Below are positions 32,930-47,600 of a DNA stretch of 64,000 nt, one piece after another. Position 1 is the stretch's first letter; each line of letters begins with the position of its first letter. Origin of the DNA: Malacoraja senta (Eukaryota); the NCBI GenBank assembly GCA_038087875.1, contig JAXLNO010000352.1:1-64000 (forward strand). Reading direction: 5' to 3'. Position numbers and translations under genes: made by a program. The notes beneath the pieces are model-generated. The model was not told the origin of the DNA, did not search any database, and was given only the letters and a program-made list of their open reading frames with translations.

Positions 32930-34400
32930 CATTTGCAAATTGGGGGAAGGTTACAATTCTTCCTAAAAGAATGGCAAAAAATAACATCTGATGCGTTTAT
33001 GCTGTGCAGTATTATGGGGTTCAGAATTGAATTCTACCTATATTTGGATCCTCCTACTCAACATGTTTCAAGTCGGACACGTATTTTCTTAAAATAAGAG
33101 AATATGGACATTCAAGCGGAACTTGAAATATTGTGTGGGAAAGGGGTCATTGAAAAGTCAGTTCACCAACAGCACCAATTTGTGTCAAGCATTTTTCCTA
33201 GAGCAAAAAAGGATGATGGCTGTAGAATTATTCTCGATCTGACAAGTGTTAACCCTTTTGTACAGTATAAACATTTTAAAATGGAGACATTTGCCAATGC
33301 TATACAGCTAATTTCAAGAAAATGCTATATGGCCAGCATAGATCTGCAAGATGCATATTACTATGTGGCTGTGCATGGTAATGATCGAAGATGCTTAAAG
33401 TTTAACTGGATGAGCCAATTATGGCAGTTTAAAGCATTGACTAATGTGTTAACCTCAGCCCCTAGACTATTTACAAAATTGTTAAACCCAATCTTAGCAT
33501 TGGTAAGAGCTTTTGGTAATGGCTTATTTGGATGATATTTTAATTGTGGGTAACACTCGGGCTACAACAGAAGCATCGGTGTCAATAGTCAAGCTCACAT
33601 TTGAGAGGCTGGGGTTTGTGATACATCCAGATAAATCCAAATTGTCACCAACCACAGTAATTGATTACTTGGGGTTCACTATTAATTCAGAACAAATGAT
33701 AGTGACTTTGCCCAAGGATAAAAAGCTGCAGTTAATTGAGGGTTGTATCAAGCTCATTACACAGCATCAACCATCAATTAGGCAAGTGGCAAGCTTGCTT
33801 GGCAAACTAATTGCTTCATTTCCAGCTGTGCAGTTTGGTCTACTGCATTATCAGCAACTGCAGCGAGCAAAGGTACAAGCGTTGAGGAGACATTTAGGGC
33901 ATTTTGATAGACCCATGCAATTACCAGTAACAGCTATTACTGAAATACAATGGTGGATCAGGTGTGTCTCATATGCTTCCAGGGAAATGCTGGTTGAAAC
34001 ACCTGCTGTTATTCTGCAGAGTGGTGTAAGTGCTCTAGGTTGGGGAGCTACTGATACAATTTCTATCTGTGGAGGCAGATGGAATGTGGAAGAAGTACCT
34101 TTGCTCCAAGCACATGGGATCAATTACCTAGAACTGTTAGGAACATTTTATGGGCTTAAAGGTTATTGCTCTAATGTGCAAAACGGGCATGTACAGGTTC
34201 AGATTGACAACACTACGGCTGTAGCGTATGTTAATCACATGGGTGGTATCAAGTCAGAACCTTGTGATAGATTGGCAAACGTTATCTGGAACTGGTGTAT
34301 TAGCAGAAACATTTGGCTTTCGGCAATCTACCTACCAGGTAGATTCAACATAATCGCAGACACCAGCTCACGTAAATTCATGACAATACAGAATGGATGT
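32930..34400 (+). pseudogene. DIRS RT + RNase H (frameshifted)
   Basis: GGRLQFF..W, RIILDL..N, FKMET, IDLQDAY, SAPRLFTK, YLDDIL, YLGF, GWGA, INYLEL, IDNTTAVAYVNHMGG. Confidence 0.92.
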
Positions 34401-34814
34401 TAAATCGTGACAACTTTAATAAAATTGTTGCGCAATTTGGGATGCCAGAAATTGACTTCTTTGCATCTAGTAACCACCAATTACCTAAATATGTTTCATG
34501 GGAACCAGATCCTGGTGCAACAGAATGGGTGTTAAATGGATGCATTCTCGCTACATTGGGGTGTAATGTTTTTGTATGCATTTCCTCCATTTTGTCTCAT
34601 TAGTAGGTGTCTACAAAAGACCAAGCAGGACTCCGCTTCAGTGGTGTTGGTGGTACCAGATTGGCCTACACAACCATGGTACCCACTGCTTTTAAAAATA
34701 ATCACAAAGCCTCTTATGGTAATTCTTAAACAAGAAAACCTCCTTGTGCACCCTGTAACTGGTGATTCGCATCCTTTACATGATCATATTGGTTTGTTGA
34801 TTTGCAGATTTTAA
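34397..34814 (+). pseudogene. DIRS Dam-like methyltransferase domain (frameshifted)
   Basis: PEIDFFAS, DAF..W, YAFPPF, LVVPDWPTQPWY. Confidence 0.85.
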
Positions 34815-35798
34815 GGAGGCCATATCTCGGAAGAGGACTATCAGAGCGTACGGGGGATGTTATTGCAGCAGCCTGGAGTAATAGTACCCAAAAGCAGCAC
34901 ATTTCTTACATAAGTAAATGGGAGGTGTTTTGCTTATTGCAGAATATTTCGTATCACACTGCAAACGTCCCAGATGTGTTAGATTTTCTGTCAACTCTCT
35001 ATTTTGATTTGAAATTAAGTTATAGTGCTATCAATACTGCAAGAAGTGCCCTCTCTGGATATCTATGGAGGGAGTCGGAACAATATCTTGTCGGATCACA
35101 CCCTTTGTTCTGTAGGTTAATGAAGGGAATTTTCAATTCCAAGCCTCCTCGACCCAGGTATACAGAAATCTGGAATGTGAGGGATGTGCTGATGTTACTT
35201 CGTCAATGGACTCCCATTTCAGCTCTATCTTTGGCCAAGGTTACTATGAAGGTAGTTATGCTCATGGCACTAGTTTCAGCACAGAGAGTGCAGACATTGC
35301 TGAAATTATCAATAGATAGGATAGTAGTGGCAGCAGATGCCGTTACTTTCTATGTCTATGATTTACTCAAACAGAGCAGACCTGGAGTCACGGGGTGTAA
35401 GTTATTTTTTCAGTATATCCTACGGACCCAAGACTATGTGTAGTGTCACATTTAAGATGTTACATTGAAGCCACCAGGAACTTAAGAGGTGCAGAATCAG
35501 CATTCTGTATCAGCCATAAAAAAACACATAACAAAGTGTCAGTGCAGACAATCTCAAGGTGGTGAAGCAGGTGCTGGTTGATGCAGGGATTGATACTGAC
35601 AAATTTAAATCTTATTCCACCAGGGCGGCATCCACATCGGCGGCCAGGGTTTTGGATGCCCCAATAGACCATATCCTCGCGGCCGCAGGATGGGCAGGTG
35701 AACGGATGTTTCACAAGTATTACCATAAAGAGTTTGCAGAACCTGGGGTATTTGGCGGTGCTGTTTTGGATTCAGTGTTAAGTTCCCCTCTGGGATAA
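34802..35798 (+). pseudogene. DIRS tyrosine recombinase (frameshifted)
   Basis: YSAINTARSAL, ALVSAQRVQ (catalytic R), YSTRAAS (HxxR with H replaced by Y), AAGW, FHKYY. Confidence 0.9.
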
Positions 35799-38700
35799 AG
35801 GGGCAATTTTTTTGTTATGATTAATAAATCATTAACTGATTACATCAATTTTATGGTTATATATTATTGATTGTTTTCACTCATTCAGAGTCAATCAATG
35901 CAGTGAGACGCCTGGATTTCAATCTACGGCATGAAATCACAGAGCATTGAAATCTTCACGTAGTCACTCACGTGACTCCGAATTAAAATAGTGAGATTAA
36001 ACGAGAACTTACCAGTTTGAAGTTTGATCTTTATTTTATGAGGAGTTACGATGAGGGACTACGTGCCCTCCTCTCCCACCTTCATAAAGATCAGCTGGAA
36101 GTTATGTTTTTCTCACTAATCTTACTATTATGCTTCTGTAATTATTATCTGTGATTTCACACCGCTGCTTTGAAGATTGACGCGTGTGCACCTGGACGGG
36201 GTCTTCTTCACGTAGTCCCTCATCGTAATTCCTCATAAAATAAAGATCAAACTTCAAACTGGTAAGTTCTCGTTTAATCTCACTATTTTGTCGCTTTTCA
36301 TGTCCTGAATTTTCATCACTTTTCGCGTGCTGATTTTTCGTTGCTTTTCACATGCTGAATTTTCGTCGCTTTATGTGTGCTGAAATTTCGGCGCTTTTTG
36401 TGTGCTGCAATTTCGTCGCTTTTCAAGTCCTGAAATTGCGTTGCCTTTCACGTCCTGAATTTTCGACACTTTTCATATCCTGAAGGTTCGTCACTTTTTG
36501 TATGCCGAAATTTTGTCACTTTTCGTGTCCTGAAATTTTGTCGTTTTTTGTACCCTGAATTTTCGTCGTTTATCGCGTGCTGAATTTTCGTCGCTGTATG
36601 CCTCCTGGGGTTTCGTCGCTTTTTGCGTCCTGAATTTTCGTCGCTTTTCGTATGCTGAATTTTTGTCGCTTTTCACGTGCTGATTTTTTGTAGCTTTTCG
36701 CATGCTGAATTTTCGTCACGTTTCGCGTGCTGAATTTCATAGCTTTTCCCGTTCTGAAATGTCGTCACTTTTCCGTGCTGAATTTTCGTCACTTTTCACT
36801 TGCTGAATTTTCGTCACGTTTCGCGTGCTGAATTTCATAGCTTTTCCCGTTCTGAAATGTCGTCACTTTTCCGTGCTGAATTTTCGTCACTTTTCACTTG
36901 CTGAATTTTCGTCACTTTTTGTGTCCTGAAAATTAGTTGCATTTCACGTCCTGAATTTTTGTCACATTTCATGTCCTGAATTTTCGTCACTTTTAGCGTC
37001 CCGAATTTTCATCGCTTTTCGCATCCTGAAGGTCGCTTTTCGTGTGCTTAATTTTCGTCGCTTTTCACATGCTGAACTTTCGTCACTTTTCTCGTGCTGA
37101 ATTTTCGTCGCTTTTGGCTTCCTGAAGGTTCGTCACTTTTCACGTGCTGAATTTTCATCGCTTTTCGCAGGATGAATTTTCATCGCTTTTCGCGTGCTGA
37201 AATGTTCGTGTCCTGAAATTTCGTTGCTTTATGCGTCCTGAATTTACATAACTTTTTTGTCACTTTTTGCATGATGAATTTCCGTCGCTTTTCACATGCG
37301 TCATTTTCATCGCTTTTCGCGTCCTAAAGGTTCGTCGCATTTCGGATTCAGAATTTTCGGCGCATTTCGCATGCTTAATTTTCGTCGCTTATCGCGTGCT
37401 GAAATTTCGTTGGTTTTCGCATGCGGAATTTTTGTGACTTTTCGCATCCTGAAGGTTTGTCGCTTTTCGCATGCTGAATTTTCGTCACTTTTGACGTGCT
37501 GAATTTTCGTTTGTTTTTGCGTGCTTCATTTTCATCGCTTTTCATGACCTGAAGGTTCCTCTCTTTTTGCGTGCAGAATTTGCATCGCTTTTCTCATGCT
37601 CAATGTTCGTCGCTTTTCGCTTGCTGAATTTTCGGCGCTTTTCACGTTCTGAAATACCGTCGCTCCTCGCGTGGTGAATTTTCGTTGCTTTTCACATGCT
37701 GAATTTTCGTCGCTTTTCGCGTGGTGGATTTTCGTCGCTTTTCTCGTTCTGAAATCTCGTCACTTTTCGCATGCTGAATGTTCGTCGCATTTTTCGTCCT
37801 GTAGATCCGTCACTTTTCTCGTGCTGAATTTTCATCGCTTTTCGAATGCTGAATTTTCGTCGCTTTTCGTGTGCTGAATTTCCGTCGCTTTTCGCATGAT
37901 GAATTTCCGTCTTTTTATGCGTGCATCATTTTCATCGCTTTTCGCGTCCTGAAAGTTCGTCGCTTTTCGAATGCTGAATTTTCGTCGCATTTCGCATGCT
38001 GAATTTTCGTCGCTTATCGCTTCCTAAATTATCGTTGGTTTTCGAATGCGGAATTTTCGTAACTTTTCGCATACTGGAGGTTCCTCTCTTTTTGCGTACA
38101 GAATTTACGTCGCTTCATTATTCAATTTTCGTCGCTTTTCGCTTGCTGAATTTTCGGCGCTTATCACGTTCTGAAATTTTGTCACTTTTCGTGTAGTGAA
38201 TTTTCGTTGCTTTTCGCATGCTGAATTTTCGTCGCCTTTCGCGTGCTGGATTTTCGTTGCTTTTCATGTACTGAAATTGAGTTACTTTTCACGTGCTGAA
38301 TGTTCATTGCTTTTCGCGTCCTGTAAGTCCGTCACTTTTCACGTGCTGAATTTTCATCACTTTTTGCAGGCTGAATTTTCGTCGTTTTTCGCGTGCAGAA
38401 ATTTTGTCGCTTTTCTCATGCTGAAGTTTCTTAGCTTTTCGCATGCTGAATTTTCGTCGCTTTTAACGTTCTGAATTTTCATCGCTTTTCTGGAATTTCG
38501 ACTGGAATTTCGTCGCTTTTCACGTCCTGAAATTTTATCTCTTTATGCGTCCTGATTTTTCATTGCATTTCGCGTTCTGAATTGACATCACTTTTCGTGT
38601 GCTGAATTTCCGTCGCTTTCGCATGATGAATTTCCGTCGCTTCGCGTGCTGAATTTTCATTGCTTCTCGCGTGCTGAATTTTCGTTGGTTTTCGCACGCG

Positions 38701-41700
38701 GAATTTTCATCTCTTTTCGCGTGCGGAATTTTAGTTGGTTTTCGCGTGCTTCATTTTTGTAGTTCATCCATGCAGTCTTTAAATTTCACGTCCTGAAGGT
38801 TTGTCGCTTAACGTGTGCTGAATTTTTGTCACTTTACGTGTGCTGAATTTTTGTTTGTATTAACGTCCTGAAGGTTGCTCTCTTCTCGCCTGTTGAAATT
38901 TCGCTGCTTTTCATGTTCTGAAATTTCGTCGCTTTATGCGTCCTGTAATTTCATCACTTTTCGCATGCTGAAATTTCGTCGCTTTTTGTGTGCTGAAATT
39001 TCGGTGCATTTCGTGTGCTGATATTTCGTCGCTTTTCACGTCCTGAAATTTCGCCACTTTTGGCATGCTGAATTTTCGTCGCTTTTCAAGTCCTGAAATG
39101 ATCGTCGCTTTTCACGTGCCGAAATTTCTTCGCTTTTCGCATGGTGAATTTTCGTCGCTTTTACTATGCTGAAATTTCGTCGCTTTTCACGCCCTGAAAT
39201 TTCATCACTTTTAGCGCGCTGAATTTTCGTCGGTTTTCGTCTGCTAATATTTCGTCGCTTTTCACGTCCTGAAATTTCGTCACTTTTGGCGTCATGAATT
39301 TTTGTTGCTTTTCAAGTCCTGAAGGATCGTCACTTTTCGCGTGCTGAAATTTCTTCGCTTTTCGCATGGTGAATTTTCGTCGCTTTTAGTATGCTGAAAT
39401 TTCGTCACTTTTCACGTCCTGAAATGTCATCACTTTTCGCGTGCTGAATTTTCGTCGCTTTCCGCGTGCTTAATTTTCATTGCTTTTCATGTTCTGAAAT
39501 TTCGTCACTTTTTGCGTGCTGAATATTCGTCGCTTTTCGTGTGCTGATATTTCGCCGCTTTTCACGTCCTGAAATTTCATCACTTTTGGCGTGCTGAATT
39601 TTTGTCGCTTTTCTTGTGCTGCATTTTCGTCACTTTCCACGTGCTGAATTATCGTTGCTTTTCGAGTCCTGAAGGTTCGTTGCTTTGTGTGTGCTGAAAT
39701 TTCGGCGCTTTTTGTGTGCTGATATTTCGCCGCTTTCGCGTCCTGAAATTTCGTCACATTTGGCATGCTGAATTATCGTCACATTCCACGTCCTGAAGGA
39801 TCGTCGCTTTTCACGTCCTGAAGGATCATCGCTTTTCGCATGCTGAATTTTCGTCGCTTTTCGCATGCTTAGTTTTCGTCGCATTTCATGTTCTGAAATT
39901 TCGTCACTTTTTGCGTGCTGAATTTCTGTTGCTTTTTCCATGCTGAATTTTCGTTGCATTGTGCGTGCTAAATTTTCGTCGCTTTTCACGTGCTGAGATT
40001 TTGTCACTTTTCCAATGCGGAATTTTCATCACTTTTCGCGTCCTGAAGGTACGTCACTTTTCTTGTGCTGAATTTTCATCGCTATTTTCAGGCCGAATTT
40101 TCGTCACTTTTCACGTGCGGAATTTTCGTCACTTTTCAAGTCCTGAAGGTTTGTCACCTTTCTTGTGTTGAATTTTCATCGCTTTTTGCAGGCTGAATTT
40201 TCGTCGCTTTTCGCGTGCTGAAATTTCGTCACTTTTCACGATCTGAAATGTTGTCGCTTTATGCGACCTGAGGTTTTGTCGCTTTACACGTCCTGAATTT
40301 ACGTTGCTTTTCGAGTGCTGAATTTTTGTTGCTTTTTGCATGCTGAATTTTCGTCGCTTTTCCCGTGAAGCATTTTCATCACTTTTCGCGTCCTGAAGGT
40401 TCGTCGCTTTTCACATGCTGAATTTTTGTCGATTTTTGCATGCTGAATTTTCGTCACTTTTCATGTACTGAAATTTTGTCGCTTTTCACGTGCTGAGAAT
40501 TCCGTCGCTTTATGTGTCCTGATGTTCTGGTGCTTTTCATGTGCTGGATTTACGTAACTGTTCGTGTGCTGACTTTTCATCGCTTTTCGCGTGCAGAATT
40601 TTTGTCACTTTCACGTGCTGAATTTTCGTCGCTTTTCATGCGCTGAATTATCGTCACTTTTCATGTTCTAATATTTCATCTCTTTTCGCATGTTGAATTT
40701 TCGTCGCTTTTTGCATCCTGAAGGTTCGTCGCTTTTCGCCTGCTGAATTTTTGTCGCTTTTCACGTCCTGAATTTTTGTAGCTTTTCACATGCTGGATTT
40801 TCATACAATTCCACGTGCTTCATTTTCGTTACATTTCGCGTTCTTCATTTTCATCGCTTTTTGCAGTTGGAATTTTCGTCGCTTTTCACATGCTGAATTT
40901 TCATCGCTTTTCTTGTCCTGAAGGTACGTCGCTTTCCGGTGCTGAATTTTCATCGCTTTTCATGCCTGAAGGTTCGTCGCTTTTCGCATGCAGAATTTCC
41001 GCTGAATTTTCGTCACTTTTCACCTGCGGAAATTTCGTCACTTTTCACGTCCTGAAGGTGTGTCACCTTTCTTGTGTTGAATTTTCATCGCTTTTTGCAG
41101 GCTGAATTTTCGTCGCTTTTCGCGTGCTGAAATTTCGTCACTTTTCACGACCTGAAATGTTGTCGCTTTATGCGACCTGTTTCGTCGCCTTTCATGTCCT
41201 GAATTTACATTGCTTTCCATGTGCTGAACTTTCATCACTTTTCGCATCCTGAAGGTTCATCGCTTTTCGCATGCTGATTTTTTTGTCGATTTTCGCATCC
41301 TGAATTTTCGTCACTTTTCGCGAGCTGAATTTTAGTCACTTTTCATGTTCTTCACATTTCGTCATCGCTTTTCGCAGGATGAATTTCCGTTGCTTTTCAT
41401 GTGCTGAAATTTTGTCGCTTTTCTCGTGCTGAAATTTTCGTCGCTTTGTGCCGTTATGTTTTATTGCTTTACGCGTGCTGAATGGTCGTCGCTTGTGGCA
41501 TGCAGAATTTTAGTCGCTTTTCGCATGCTGAATTTCGTCATTTTCGCGTGCTGAATTTTCTTCGCTTTTTACATCCTGGTTTGTCGCTTTTCGCCTGCTG
41601 GATTTTTGTTGCTGGATTTTCGTACAATTCCATGTGCTTCATTTTTGTCACATTTTCGGCACTTTTTGCAGGCGGAATTTTCATCGCTTTTCACATGATG

Positions 41701-44613
41701 AATTTTCATCGCTTTTCTTGTCCTAAAGGTTCGTCGCTTTTGACGTGCTGAATTTTCATCGCTTTTCATGTCCTGAAGGTTTGTCGCTTTTCGCATGCTG
41801 AATTTTCGTCACTTTTCGCGAGCTGAATTTTTGTAACTGTTCACATGCTGAATTTTCGTCGTTTTTCGCGTGCTGAATTTTCGTCACTTTTTGCTTGATG
41901 AGTTTTCGTCGTTTTTCACTTCCTGAAGGTTTGTCACTTTTCACGTGCTGAAAATTAATCGCTTTATGCGTCCTGACATTTTGTCGCTTTTCGCGTCGTG
42001 AATTTTCGTCGCTTTTCGCGTGCTTCCTTTTCATCACTTTTCGCATCCTGAATATTTGCTTTTCATGTTCTAATATTTCATCTCTTTTCGCATGTTGAAT
42101 TTTCGTCGCTTTTCGCGTCCTGAAGGTTCGTCGCTTTTCGCCTGCTGAATTTTTGTCAGTTTACGTGTGCTGAATTTTCGTCGCTTTTCACGTCCTGAAG
42201 GTGTGTCACTTTTCACCTGCTGAATTTTTGTCGCTTTTGACATCCTGAATTTGTGTAGCTTTTCGCATGCTGGATTTTCATACAATTCCACGTGCTTCAT
42301 TTTCGTCACATTTCGCGTTCTTCATTTTCATCGCTTTATGCAGTTGGAATTTTCGTCGCTTTTCACGTGCTGAATTTTCATCGCTTTTCTTGTCCTGAAG
42401 GTACGTCGCTTTTCCCCTGCTGAATTTTCATCGCTTTTCATGTCCTGAAGGTTCGTCGCTTTTCGCATGCTGAATTTTCATTGCTTTTCGCGTGCTGAAT
42501 ATTTGTAGCTTTTCGCAGGCTGAATTTTCATTGCTTTTCGCGTGCTAAATTTTCGTCACGTGTTTGCTGAGTTTTTGTCACTTTTCGCTTCCTGAATGTT
42601 TGTGACTTTTCACGTGCTGAAAATTAGTCGCTTTATGCGTCCTGATGTTTCGTCACTTTTCACGTCGTGAATTTTCTTCGCTTTTTGCGTGCTTCAATTT
42701 CATCACTTTTCGCATCCTGAATTTTTGTTGCTTTTCGCATGCAGAATTATCGTCGCTTTTCGCATTCTCAAATTTCATCACTTTTCTCGTGCTGAATTTT
42801 CGTCGCTTTTCACGTCCTGAAGGTTCGTAGCATTTTGCCTGCTGAATTTTCGTCAATTTTCGCGTGCAGAATTTTCGTCGATTTTCGTGTCCTGAAAGTT
42901 TATGAATTTTCATCACTTTTCGCGTGCTGAATTTTTGTCGCTTTTCATGTTCTGAAATGTCTTCACATTTCGCGTGTTGAATTTTCGTCGCTTTTCGCAG
43001 GCTGAATTTTCGTCGCTTTTCATGTGTTGAAGTTTTGTCGCATTTCTCGTGCAGAGATTTTCGTCGCTTTGTGTCCTTATGTTTTGTTGCTTTTCGCTTG
43101 CTGGATTTACGTCACTTTTCATATGCTGAATTTTTATCACTTTTCGAGTGCTGAATTTTTGTCACTTTTCGCATGCTGAATTTTCGTTGCTTTTCTCGCG
43201 CTAAATTTTCGTCGCTTTTCACGTTCTCAAATTTTATCACTTTGCTCGTGCTGAATTTTCGTTGCTTTTTACGTCCTGAAAGTTTGTCGCTTTTCGTGTC
43301 CTGATGTTTCATCGCTTTTCGCTTCCTGAAATTACATCATTTTACGTGTGCTGAATTTTCATCGCCTTTCGCGTGCCTCATTTTCATTGCTTTTCGCGTC
43401 CCGAATGTTCGTCGCTTTTCGCATGCTGAATTTTCCTCGATTTTCACATGCTGAATTTTCGTCGCTTTTCACATGCTGAATTTCGTCCTTTTTGCCCTTT
43501 TCGTCCTTTTCGCATGCTTAAATTTTCTTCGCTTTTCACAACCTGGTTTGTCACTTTTCGTTGCTTTTCACGTGCTGAATTTTCATCACGTTTTCTTGTC
43601 CTGAAGGTACGTCGCTTTTCGCATGCTGAATTTTCCTCGCTTTTCGCGAGCTGAATTTTCGTCGCTTTTCATGTTGTCAAATTTCATCTCTTTTCGCATG
43701 TTGAATTTTCGTCGCTTTTCGCATCCTGAAGGTTCGTCGTTTTTCAACTGCTGAATTTTTGTCAGTTTTCACGTGCTGAATTTTTGTTCGCTTTTCACGT
43801 CCTGAAGGTGTGTCGATTTTCCCCTGCTGAATTTTTGTCGCTTTTCACGTGCTGAATTTTTGTAGCTTTTCGTATGCTGGATTTCCGTACAATTCCACGT
43901 GCTTCATTTTCGTCACATTTCACGTTCTTCATTTTCATGGCTTTTTGCAAGTGGAATTTTCGTCACTTTTCACGTGCTGAATTTTCATCGCTTTTCTTGT
44001 CCTGAAGGTACGTCGCTTTTCTCATGCTTCATTTTCATCATTTTTCGCATCCTGAATTTTTTTCGCTATTCGCATGCTGAATTCTCGTCGCTTTTCGTGT
44101 GCTGAATTTTTGTAGCTTTTCACATGCTGAATTTTCATCGCTTTATGCGTCCTGATGTTTCGTCACTTTTCGCGTCGTGAATTTTCGTCGCTTTTTGCAT
44201 GCTTCAATTTCATCACTTTTTGCATCCTGAATTTTTGTTGCTTTTCGCATGCAGAATTTTTGTCGCGTTTCGCATTCTCAAATTTCATCACTTTTCTGGT
44301 GCTGAATTTTCGTCGCTTTTCACGTCCTGAAGGTTCGTAGCTTTTCGCCTGCTGAATTTTCGTCACGTTTCGCGTGCAGAATTTTCGTTGATTTTCGTGT
44401 CCTGAAAGTTTATGAATTTTCGTCAGTTTTCGCGTGCTGAATTTTTATCGCTTTTCGTGTTCTGAAATGTCTTCACATTTCGCGTGCTGAATTTTCATCG
44501 CTTTTCGCAGGGTGAATTTACGTCGCTTTTCATGTGTTGAAGTTTTGTCGCATTTCTCGTGCAGAGATTTTCGTCGCTTTGTGTCCTTATGTTTTGTTGC
44601 TTTTCGCTTGCTG

Positions 44614-47600
44614 ATTTTTTTTAATTTTTTTTTTTTTATTTTTTTTTATTTTTATTTATTAGAAGTACATTACATTACAACCACATACATTAATACTCGT
44701 CATTTATATCTTCTTACAATTAATGTACTCCCTTTATTTATTTTTTTACACTAGAAAAAGAAAAGATTGAAAGAAAGAAGAAAGTGAAGGAAAACGTGTA
44801 AGTGTAGAAAAGTGTAGAAAATGTAACAACAAAAAAGGACGAAGACCCTATAAGAGCGAAATTAAAAACAAAAAGAAAAAGAGTTAAGAAATAGGCCCTA
44901 AGAAAAGAAAAGAGAAAGAGAAAAAAAGAGAAACAAATGTTTTTTTTTGAGCATCACGTAAATAGGACATACCAACACTTCAACTATCATCCCCCCTTAC
45001 CTGACCTCAATTTTTTAATTTTTTTAAAGTACTTTTGCACCCTATGTTTGTAATAATTCTATAAATGCAGACCACGTCAGGTGGAAGTGATCTGGTTTAC
45101 CTGCTAGGAGGAGTCTTATCTCTTCTAGGTGTAATGTTTCAAACATATTTGAAATCCACATATTTATAGTTGGTATTGGAGCCTTCTTCCAAAATTTTAG
45201 AATTAGCTTTTTTCCAGTTATTAACCCATAGTCCATTAATTTCTTTTGAAACACATTTAGTTCTGGATCATCTTCCGTTATTCCGAAGATAATCCATTCT
45301 GCTTTGGGTATCAGTCTTGTTTTAAATAACTTTGTAAAGATTTCAAAAATTTCATTCCAAAATTTTTGAATTTTTGTACAGAAGACAAATGAGTGCGCTA
45401 TAGTTGCTTCTTGGGATTGACATTTATCACAAATAGATGATACGTTTGGGAAAATTTTATGAATTTTAGTTTTCGAATAATATAATCTATGTAAAATTTT
45501 AAATTGTATTAAAGTGTGTCTTACATTAATCGAGCATTTATGCACGTTTAATAAGTATTCATTCCAACTTTCCTTTGAAATTTTAATAGCTAACTCTTGT
45601 TCCCAGTCTCTTCTGATACCCTCCGTAGGTGGTATTTGTACATTTAAAATAATATTATACAAATATGATATTAAGTTTGCTGATTCCGCTTTTATCTGCA
45701 TTGCCTCGTCCAATACATCTACTGGATTATTATAATGATCTTTTGTATATTTTTTCAAATAGTCGCATATTTGAAAATATTTAAAATATTGATTATTTCC
45801 GAGTTTATATTTTATTTGTAATTGTTGAAATGAAAGTAATTTTCCAGTTTCATACAAGTCACCAAGCGTTTTAATTCCTAGTCTATCCCATTGTGTATAA
45901 GCTTTATCTATAATAGAAGGACTAAACGAAGGGTTATTGACTATAGGTAATAAAAGTGATAAGTTTCTTAATTTTAAATTTTGTTTTATTTGTTTCCAAA
46001 TACGGATTGTACTATGAATAATTGGGTTCTTATTATAGTTTATGTTATTCAGTTTCATTGGAGAGAGGAGGATCGCTCCAATGTTTCTAGAGGAGCAATC
46101 CTCTTTCTCCATTACAATCCAGTCTACTTGCTGGGCGGAGTTATCCATCAGTTGAATCATGTTTTTAATATTTACTGACCAATAATAATACATAAAATTA
46201 GGTAGTGCTAGACCCCCCAATACTTTAGGTTTATTGAGATGGTTTTTTTGTATTCTATGTGATTTATAGTCCCATATAAAATTAGTGATATCTGAGTCGA
46301 GTGTTTTAAAAAACTTCTTAGGTAAGTATATAGGAATTGATTGAAATAGGTATAAAATTTGTGGTAAAAAGATCATTTTTATTGCGTTTATTCGGCCTAT
46401 TAAAGACATCGGGAGCGTTTTCCAGAATTTAATTAATGTATTTAGTTTATTAAGTAGGGGGTCAAAATTTGCCCTGAACATACCTTGATATGTTCTGGTA
46501 ATTTCGATTCCCAAATATTTAAATTTTTCTGTAGCTATTATAAAAGGGAATTTTAAAAGATGTGTTGAATCTTTCGGTTTTATTGACATAATTTCACTTT
46601 TATTCCAATTTATTCTATATCCAGAAAAAGATCCGAAGTCTTCAATTAAATTTAATATATTTGGTATAGTGATTTGAGGTTTTGTAATATACAATAATAT
46701 ATCATCCGCGTATAAAGATATTTTATTATATGAGTCTTTAGTATTATATCCATGAATATCAGGGTGTATTCTAATTTTTTCTGCTAGCGGTTCAATAATG
46801 AGAGCAAACAGCTGTGGTGATAATGAGCATCCTTGTCTATTTCCACTTGATAGTTGAAATTTCGAGGATAATATGTTATTAGTAAGTATTCTAGCTGTAG
46901 GTTTGTTATATAGTAACTTAATCCATAAAATAAAATTCTCTCCCAGTTGAAATGTTTGTAATACTTTATCCATATAATTCCATTCTACTTGATCAAATGC
47001 TTTTTCAGCATCCAGCGAAATAATTGATAATTCTTGATCTTCAGATTTGTGTGAGTGCATTATGTTGAGTAGACGTCTCATATTATTAGAAGAGTATCTC
47101 TTAGGGATAAACCCTGTCTGATCTGGGTTTATTAATTTACTAATGTATTTACTTAATCTTCTAGCTAATGTTTTAGCTAATATTTTTTGATCTGTGTTTA
47201 ACAATGCTATCGCTCTATATGAGCCAGGTTCTTCTAAATCTTTATTTTTCTTAGGTATTAATGTAATCGTTGATTCCGCTAATGTATCAGGTAGTATTCG
47301 TTTTTTAAAAGCGTATTGGTACATTTTTTGTAATCTTGGTATTATTTTATCATAAAAGCTTTTATAAAATTCATTAGTAAATCCATCAGGGCCTGGTGTT
47401 TTTCCATTTTTAAATGAGTTTATTGTATCTTCTAATTCCTTAATTGAGATTTGTGCACCCAGTTCCTCTTGTTCCTTCAGCTCTAACTTTGGAAGATTAC
47501 AGGTATCCAAGAACTTTGTGATATTATTGGAATCAATTATCGTTTTAGATGTATACAAATTCTCGTAAAATTGCGCAAATCTTTTATTAATATCCTTCGG

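Larger units (their letters stand above)
31235..36289 (+). mobile_element. Complete DIRS1-type tyrosine-recombinase retrotransposon (frameshifted)
   Basis: gag-like, RT/RNaseH, MTase-like and YR regions. Inverted termini (31259-31297 vs 36178-36218). Internal complementary region ~35954-36066 is the reverse complement of the joined right and left ends. TTTT at both ends. Confidence 0.95.

Noticed and set aside
37400..38760. CENP-B box in the satellite (TTCGTTGG)
   Set aside because: Only the first half occurs, sporadically; no A..CGGG half.
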